32,000 nucleotides of DNA, from positions 300,001 to 332,000 of the forward strand of contig NC_013849.1 of assembly GCF_000025505.1 (NCBI RefSeq). Direction: 5' to 3'. How positions within the stretch are numbered: the stretch's first letter is position 1; every line of letters begins with the position of its first letter. This stretch comes from Ferroglobus placidus DSM 10642 (GTDB lineage Archaea > Halobacteriota > Archaeoglobi > Archaeoglobales > Archaeoglobaceae). This document shows positions 26,571-32,000 of this stretch, in pieces. A program made the position numbers and the translations under genes. The notes beneath the pieces were generated by a model that had not been told where the DNA came from, did no database searches, and saw nothing but the letters and a program-made list of their open reading frames with translations.

Positions 26571-28355
26571 ATGGAATTAACCGTCACTTTCCTTCCCTCA
26601 GGTAAAAGGGCGAGGGTGAAAAAGCTTACGACGATTTTGGAAGCGGCTCAATCCGTTGGAGAGGGTATAAGAAGTCTCTGCGGAGGCAAAGGAAGTTGCG
26701 GGAAATGTAAGGTTATCGTGAAGAAAGGAAGCGTCGATAAGAATCCGGAGCCGCACGAAAAGTTCGTGAGTAAAGAGGAAGAAGAGGAGGGCGTAGTACT
26801 TGCTTGCCAGAGCAAAGTTCTGAGCGATCTGGAAGTTTTCATTCCTCCGGAGTCGAGGCTTGAAAAGCAGCAGATCCTTTCCGAGTTCTTTGTAACGGAA
26901 GCTGAATTAAATCCTGCAGTTAGAAAGGAGTTCTATAAAGATGCGTTTCTTCCGGAGGTTCTCGCTTCTAAAAGCTATACACTTTCTTGCGAAACGGAAA
27001 TCGAGGAAGGAGACTTCACCCTCGTTTTGAGAGGAAAAGAAGTGATAGCCGTCGAAGAGGGGGATACGAGAGACAAGTTTTTTGGCTTGGCTGTCGATAT
27101 AGGAACTACAACAATAGTCGTTGCCCTTGTGGATTTGAACACCGGTAGAGTTGTGAACATAGCCTCTGATTACAACGGGCAGATTATCTACGGAGAGGAG
27201 GTTTTAAGCAGAGTGGAATTTGCGAGGAGCAGAAAGGACGGAATAAAGATTCTCCAGAAAGCCGTCGTAGATTCGATAAACAAGCTAATAGAGAAAGTTT
27301 CGGCGGAATACGTTAAGGAAAACGAAATATACGATGTTGTCGCTGCCGGAAACACTTTGATGACTCACTTCTTTTTAGGTGAAGACGTTGAATACCTATT
27401 CTCCGCTCCGAACGTTAAGGTAGATAGGAAAGCGAGGATTAGAAGTGCCAAAGAGCTGGGGTTAAAGGTGAACGAGAACGCAAACGTGTTTTGCTATCCC
27501 CTCGTTGGTAGGTACATCGGAGGAGACATCGTAGCGGATCTCGTTTCTTCTGGAATAGCGAGTGACGATAAGATAACGCTCATGGTCGATCTCGGCACGA
27601 ACGGAGAAATAGTTGTAGGTAGCGAGGGGTGGGCTATGGCTACAAGTGTGGCAAGCGGTCCAGCTTTCGAAGGATACGAGATAAAACACGGGAGCAGAGC
27701 TGTTGAGGGAGCGATAGATCACGTTAAGATAAACGGTTACGATGCAAAGCCCGAATATACTGTCATAGGGAACGTTAAGCCTCGAAGCATTTGCGGAAGC
27801 GGTCTTATAGATTTGCTTGCAGAACTCTTCAAAAACGGTATAGTTGATTTTCAGGGGAATCTCGACAGGAAAAATCCGAGGGTCAAAGTAGATAGCGAGC
27901 CTTATTACGTTGTCGTCGACGCTGAAGAAAGCGCTACCGGAAAGGAGATAGTTATAACTCAGACCGATATAGATACGTTGATAAAATCTAAAGCAGCGGT
28001 TTGTGCTGGAATAGCTGTAATGCTGAAGAAGGCTGGGTTGAGCATCGAAGATGTTGATCGCTTCGTTCTTGCAGGAGCTTTCGGCTACTACATAGACATG
28101 GAAAACGCCGTCACGATAGGTCTTTTCCCGGAATTTCCGAAAGCTGAAGTGAGGCAGATAGGAAATGGCAGCTTGGCTGGATGCTATTTGGCTTTAACGA
28201 ATCAGAAGAAAAGAGTTCTCGCTGAAACTATCGCGAGGCTCGTATCCTACTTCGATCTGTCCACGGATCCGGATTTCATGGAGGAGTACAACGCCGCATT
28301 AAACCTGCCTGGAAAACCGGAGCTGTTCCCTACGATTTACGCGAGGTATGTTTAA
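26571..28355 (+). CDS. 2Fe-2S ferredoxin-ASKHA domain protein (DUF4445/corrinoid-activation-type ATPase)
   Basis: 594 aa. N-terminal [2Fe-2S] '[19 protein letters not shown]...VVLACQSKV', then ASKHA domain '[21 protein letters not shown]', '[15 protein letters not shown]', '[13 protein letters not shown]', '[18 protein letters not shown]', '[23 protein letters not shown]'. Confidence 0.92.
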   Translation: MELTVTFLPSGKRARVKKLTTILEAAQSVGEGIRSLCGGKGSCGKCKVIVKKGSVDKNPEPHEKFVSKEEEEEGVVLACQSKVLSDLEVFIPPESRLEKQQILSEFFVTEAELNPAVRKEFYKDAFLPEVLASKSYTLSCETEIEEGDFTLVLRGKEVIAVEEGDTRDKFFGLAVDIGTTTIVVALVDLNTGRVVNIASDYNGQIIYGEEVLSRVEFARSRKDGIKILQKAVVDSINKLIEKVSAEYVKENEIYDVVAAGNTLMTHFFLGEDVEYLFSAPNVKVDRKARIRSAKELGLKVNENANVFCYPLVGRYIGGDIVADLVSSGIASDDKITLMVDLGTNGEIVVGSEGWAMATSVASGPAFEGYEIKHGSRAVEGAIDHVKINGYDAKPEYTVIGNVKPRSICGSGLIDLLAELFKNGIVDFQGNLDRKNPRVKVDSEPYYVVVDAEESATGKEIVITQTDIDTLIKSKAAVCAGIAVMLKKAGLSIEDVDRFVLAGAFGYYIDMENAVTIGLFPEFPKAEVRQIGNGSLAGCYLALTNQKKRVLAETIARLVSYFDLSTDPDFMEEYNAALNLPGKPELFPTIYARYV

Positions 28356-28996
28356 TGCTCGTGCTCGCTTTGGATTTAACGAGCAGGGAGAAAGCTTTGG
28401 AGATCGTTGAAAAAACTCGGGATTTCGTAGATGCCGTAAAGGTAAATTACCCCATCGTCCTAAGCTGCGGAATCGAAATAGTGAAGGAACTTTCGGAAAT
28501 TAAGCGGGTTATAGCGGATTTTAAAATAGCCGACATTCCCTACACGAGCTCTCTCATAGCTGAGATCGCATTTAAAAATGGAGCTAACGCTGTAATCAGC
28601 CACGGCTTCGTTGGAAGGGACGTTTTGGAGGAAATAATGAAGGTTGCGGAGAACTACGACGGAAAAGTCTACGTCGTAACGGAGCTGACAAACGAGGGGG
28701 CTAGGGAATTCATGGGGCAATTTGCAAGGAAAATAGCCGAAATTGCTAAGGAAGTAGGTTGCCACGGACTTATAGCTCCAGCTACAAAGCCTGAAAGGGT
28801 TAGGGAAGTAAGAGAAGTTGCGAAAAATCTCGAAATACTGAGTCCGGGAATTGGAGCGCAGAAAGGGAAACTCGAAGAGATCGCAAAGTACGTTGACGGG
28901 ATAATCGTTGGAAGGTCTATATACAATGCGGATAATCCAAAAGAGGCGGCAAGAAAGATTAAGGAGGAATTCGAGAAGGCTAAGCTCACTTCCTGA
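28355..28996 (+). CDS. pyrF: Orotidine 5'-phosphate decarboxylase
   Basis: '[32 protein letters not shown]', '[36 protein letters not shown]', '[38 protein letters not shown]'. Confidence 0.94.
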   Translation: MLVLALDLTSREKALEIVEKTRDFVDAVKVNYPIVLSCGIEIVKELSEIKRVIADFKIADIPYTSSLIAEIAFKNGANAVISHGFVGRDVLEEIMKVAENYDGKVYVVTELTNEGAREFMGQFARKIAEIAKEVGCHGLIAPATKPERVREVREVAKNLEILSPGIGAQKGKLEEIAKYVDGIIVGRSIYNADNPKEAARKIKEEFEKAKLTS

Positions 28997-29879
28997 CTAT
29001 CGAAGCTATCTTCAGATACGTTTCGTAGAGCTTATCAGCCAATTGCAGCAGATAGTCGTGATTTTCCACTTTTCTCAAAGCTTCGGGAATGCTGCTGTAT
29101 CCGTCTCTCGTTCCAAAGAAAGCTCCGGTTATGGCTGCTGCTGTGTCGGTGTCTCCCCCACACTTTATCGCTTTCTTCACACCTTCTACGTAATTTTTAG
29201 AGGAAAAGAAACAGTAGAAGGCAAGCGGAACGACATCGTAGCTCATTATGGAGTTTCCTATCTCTTTGGCAGCTGCTCTTTCATCCTTGTCTCTTATCTC
29301 GTAAGCGTACTCTATCTTTTCGGCTAAGAAGCTGTCGTGCTTGGAAACGAAGCCTAAAAGCTCCTCTAAGTTGAAGTCCTCGTTAATCAACATCGCTACA
29401 GCCACGCCCACAGCCACTGCTCCTGCTATCGCTCCTCTCCCTTTGTGGGTAATCATTGAAGATATGCTGCAGTAGTTTTCGACCAAGCTGTAGTTGAAAT
29501 GGTAAACGAGTCCGATTGGAGCAACTCTCATCGCCGCTCCGCAAGTGTCAGATTCGACTCCACTCTCTTTCCAGCTCGCACCCATCTGAAGTCTGCTTAT
29601 GGCTCTCCTCGAAGTAGGTCCGTACCTCCTTCTGAAGTCAGCTCGTTTTAATTTTTCAGCGAAGTTCTCCGGAGAGAAGTATATTGTCTCGATTATAGAC
29701 TCGGCAAGCATTATCGTCTGCTCGGTGTCGTCGGTGTATTCTCCCGCCTTTAAATCTCCAAAAGGTGAGTCTCTGAAAGCCAATTCGTTCAAATCTACCG
29801 AATCGCTACCCTCGTAAGGCATGCCGAGAGCGTCGCCGATTGCCAAGCCGAGAATGCATCCCCGGAACTGGTCGATCAT
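28986..29879 (-). CDS. ADP-ribosylglycohydrolase family protein
   Basis: 297 aa. '[20 protein letters not shown]', '[17 protein letters not shown]', '[10 protein letters not shown]', '[18 protein letters not shown]', '[22 protein letters not shown]'. Confidence 0.93.
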   Translation of the reverse strand: MIDQFRGCILGLAIGDALGMPYEGSDSVDLNELAFRDSPFGDLKAGEYTDDTEQTIMLAESIIETIYFSPENFAEKLKRADFRRRYGPTSRRAISRLQMGASWKESGVESDTCGAAMRVAPIGLVYHFNYSLVENYCSISSMITHKGRGAIAGAVAVGVAVAMLINEDFNLEELLGFVSKHDSFLAEKIEYAYEIRDKDERAAAKEIGNSIMSYDVVPLAFYCFFSSKNYVEGVKKAIKCGGDTDTAAAITGAFFGTRDGYSSIPEALRKVENHDYLLQLADKLYETYLKIASIVRK

Positions 29880-31012
29880 CTTGACAACCTCATTCTCTCT
29901 ACGGCAAATTCCACTTCTTCTCTGGATATAATAAGAGGAGGAACAATCCTTATTCTGTTCTCCGAAGTCGCATTCACCAAGACTCCCTTTTCGAGCATTG
30001 ATGAAACGAAGTCGAAAGCTTTCTCTTTGTCAAAGCCGATCATCAATCCAAATCCATCAGCTTCGAAACCGAGTTCGCTGAGTTTTTCCTTAAAAAACTC
30101 TCCCATTCTCCTCGAATTTTCAACGAGTTTGTTTTTCTCTATGTACTCAATCGTCGCGAGAGCAGCAGTGCAAGCCAGCGGATTCCCGCCGAAGGTCGAT
30201 CCGTGATCTCCAGCTTCAACTTTCTCTGCAACGTAATCCTTTACCCCAACAGCTCCCATCGGAAATCCGTTCGCTATTCCCTTCGCCATAGCAATTATGT
30301 CCGGCTCAACGTTGTAGATGTCTTTGGCAAACCACTCTCCGGTTCTTCCGAAGCCAGTCTGAACTTCGTCGAACACTACAAGAAATCCGTACTTTTCTTT
30401 CAGCTCGAATATCTCCTGAATGAATTCTTCCTTAGCGGGATAAACTCCAGCTTCTCCTTGAATAGCCTCGACAAAAACCGCCGCAACTTCTTCGCTCAAC
30501 TTCTTCTTCAAATCCTCCACGTTGTTGAATTCGGCGAAAACAACCTCGCCTATCAACGGCTCGAAGGGTTTCCTGAACTTTTCCTTCCAAGTTAACGACA
30601 GCGCCCCCATAGTTCTTCCGTGGAAGTTGCCAGTAAACGAAACGAGCCTTTTTCTTCCGGTAGCTTTTCTCGCAAGCTTAATTGCAGCCTCAACAGCCTC
30701 AGTTCCGCTGTTGCAGAAAAAGAACTTGTCCATTCCGCTTACTTCCCTCAGCTTTTTCGCAAGCTCGATCTGGGGGAGAGTGTAGTAGAGGTTGGAAACG
30801 TGAACGAGCTTCTCAAGCTGCTCTTTGACCCTTTCGATAAAGTATTTGTTGGAATGTCCTATCGAAACGCAGGCAATTCCTGCCACGAGATCCAAGTACT
30901 TCTTTCCTCTCTCGTCGTATAGCCAGCAACCTTCCCCTTTTACGAATACGACTCTCTGCCGTTTGAAGAAGGGGATCAAAAGCTCTTTTTCGAGCTCGAA
31001 AATCTCACTCAT
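29876..31012 (-). CDS. argD: Aspartate aminotransferase family protein, acetylornithine aminotransferase-like
   Basis: PLP fold-type I motifs '[53 protein letters not shown]', '[17 protein letters not shown]', '[15 protein letters not shown]', '[19 protein letters not shown]'. Confidence 0.88.
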   Translation of the reverse strand: MSEIFELEKELLIPFFKRQRVVFVKGEGCWLYDERGKKYLDLVAGIACVSIGHSNKYFIERVKEQLEKLVHVSNLYYTLPQIELAKKLREVSGMDKFFFCNSGTEAVEAAIKLARKATGRKRLVSFTGNFHGRTMGALSLTWKEKFRKPFEPLIGEVVFAEFNNVEDLKKKLSEEVAAVFVEAIQGEAGVYPAKEEFIQEIFELKEKYGFLVVFDEVQTGFGRTGEWFAKDIYNVEPDIIAMAKGIANGFPMGAVGVKDYVAEKVEAGDHGSTFGGNPLACTAALATIEYIEKNKLVENSRRMGEFFKEKLSELGFEADGFGLMIGFDKEKAFDFVSSMLEKGVLVNATSENRIRIVPPLIISREEVEFAVERMRLSR

Positions 31013-31919
31013 ACTCGATCGTCGCCGGAGGTTTAGGAGTTACGTCGTAAACGACTCTTACGACCTCCGGTATTTCGTTCGTAATCCTTAGAGCTATTCT
31101 TCTTAGCTTTTCGTAATCAAGCCTGAGGGGATCGGCTGTCATCCCATCTCTGCTTTCAACAGCTCTTACAGCAATTATGTATCCGTAAACCCTCACGTCT
31201 CCCTTTACTCCGGTAGCCTTCCCTATTAAAGCAGCAAAAGCCTGCCACTTCGGAACGTCTTTTAACTCCTCCTCAACTATCTTCGTGGCTTTTCTAACAA
31301 TTTCGACTTTTTCTGGAGTAACCTCTCCAACAACCCTCACAGCCAAGCCCGGTCCTGGGAAAGGCATTCTTTCGGAAATTTCCTCCGGCAAGCCGAGGTA
31401 TCTTGCAATTTCTCTCACTTCGTCCTTGTAAAGCTCTCTCAGCGGCTCGATCACTTTTTTGAACTTGTACTTCGTGGGAAAACCGCCGACGTTGTGGTGA
31501 CTCTTTATTCCTCCTTGACTCTCTATTATGTCCGGATAGATCGTTCCCTGAATAAGGTACTCTGCTCCCTTCTCTTCTGCAACCTTCTCGAATATTCTGA
31601 CGAAAAGCTCTCCCACAATCTTCCTCTTCTCCTCCGGATCGGTGACTCCTTTTAAAGCTTTGAAGAATTCGTCCCTCGCGTCTATGAACACGAGGTTCAT
31701 GTGACCGAAAACTTCCTTCACTCTCTCCGGTTCTCCTTCCCTCATCAGTCCAGTGTCGACGAAAACGGGAATTAGCCTGTCACCTATCGCTTTGTAAGCT
31801 AAAACTGCGCAGACCGAGCTATCCACTCCACCGGACAAAGCTATTATCGCCTTTCCATCCCCCACTTCTCTTTTTATTTCCTCAATTGCTTTTTTCACGA
31901 ATTCTTCGACGTTAACCAT
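31005..31919 (-). CDS. guaAb: GMP synthase, ATP pyrophosphatase subunit B (archaeal split GuaA)
   Basis: '[43 protein letters not shown]', '[25 protein letters not shown]', '[42 protein letters not shown]', C-terminal '[13 protein letters not shown]'. No glutaminase domain. Confidence 0.96.
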   Translation of the reverse strand: MVNVEEFVKKAIEEIKREVGDGKAIIALSGGVDSSVCAVLAYKAIGDRLIPVFVDTGLMREGEPERVKEVFGHMNLVFIDARDEFFKALKGVTDPEEKRKIVGELFVRIFEKVAEEKGAEYLIQGTIYPDIIESQGGIKSHHNVGGFPTKYKFKKVIEPLRELYKDEVREIARYLGLPEEISERMPFPGPGLAVRVVGEVTPEKVEIVRKATKIVEEELKDVPKWQAFAALIGKATGVKGDVRVYGYIIAVRAVESRDGMTADPLRLDYEKLRRIALRITNEIPEVVRVVYDVTPKPPATIEYE

Positions 31920-32000
31920 GAACTTCCCTCCTGTAAGCTAAAGCAGCCTTAACGAATCCTACAAAGGGTGGAGACGGCGAGAAAGGACGGGATTTAAATT
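31912..32000 (-). CDS. pyrG: CTP synthase, C-terminal end only (truncated by window edge)
   Basis: Minus-strand reading from 31998: '[28 protein letters not shown]', which matches the conserved CTP synthase C-terminus '(HPE)FKSRP..PSPPF.GF..AAL'. The stop overlaps the guaAb start by 8 bp. Confidence 0.82.
   Translation of the reverse strand, partial: FKSRPFSPSPPFVGFVKAALAYRREVHG

Noticed and set aside
28908-29327. 139-aa plus-strand ORF overlapping pyrF end and the ADP-ribosylglycohydrolase
   Set aside because: Antisense to the ADP-ribosylglycohydrolase, which has clear family motifs. The ORF itself has none.

Overview
Gene-dense archaeal chromosomal window, in my judgement most like Archaeoglobales (Archaeoglobus/Ferroglobus/Geoglobus type). 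This rests on topoisomerase VI, an archaeal Sm protein, MfnB, archaeal GuaA subunit B, ferredoxin-linked geranylgeranyl reductase and an HSR1-like heat-shock operator. Most of it is housekeeping or metabolic: Top6B/Top6A, CcmAB, sugar epimerase, SmAP, GPN GTPase, amt/glnK, Hsp20, two ABC systems, HisH, MfnB, M42 peptidase, 6-phospho-3-hexuloisomerase, ASKHA/2Fe-2S activase, PyrF, ADP-ribosylglycohydrolase, ArgD-like, GuaAb and the C-terminus of PyrG. I see no CRISPR array, tRNA/rRNA, complete transposon or obvious defence island. The best second-look items are: (i) a CooC-like ATPase overlapping a Cys-bearing DUF166 gene; (ii) two unannotated mini-ferredoxins, each overlapping a flavoprotein gene; (iii) a highly divergent histone-deacetylase-like protein; (iv) a perfect CTAAC-N5-GTTAG palindrome in the hsp20 promoter; (v) a phosphodiesterase/phosphatase-like pseudogene with at least three frameshifts; (vi) an internally duplicated PhoU/TrkA_C protein; (vii) an AT-rich islet with a SpoIIM-family gene and degenerate DNA; (viii) a small HTH protein with a Cys-rich tail.
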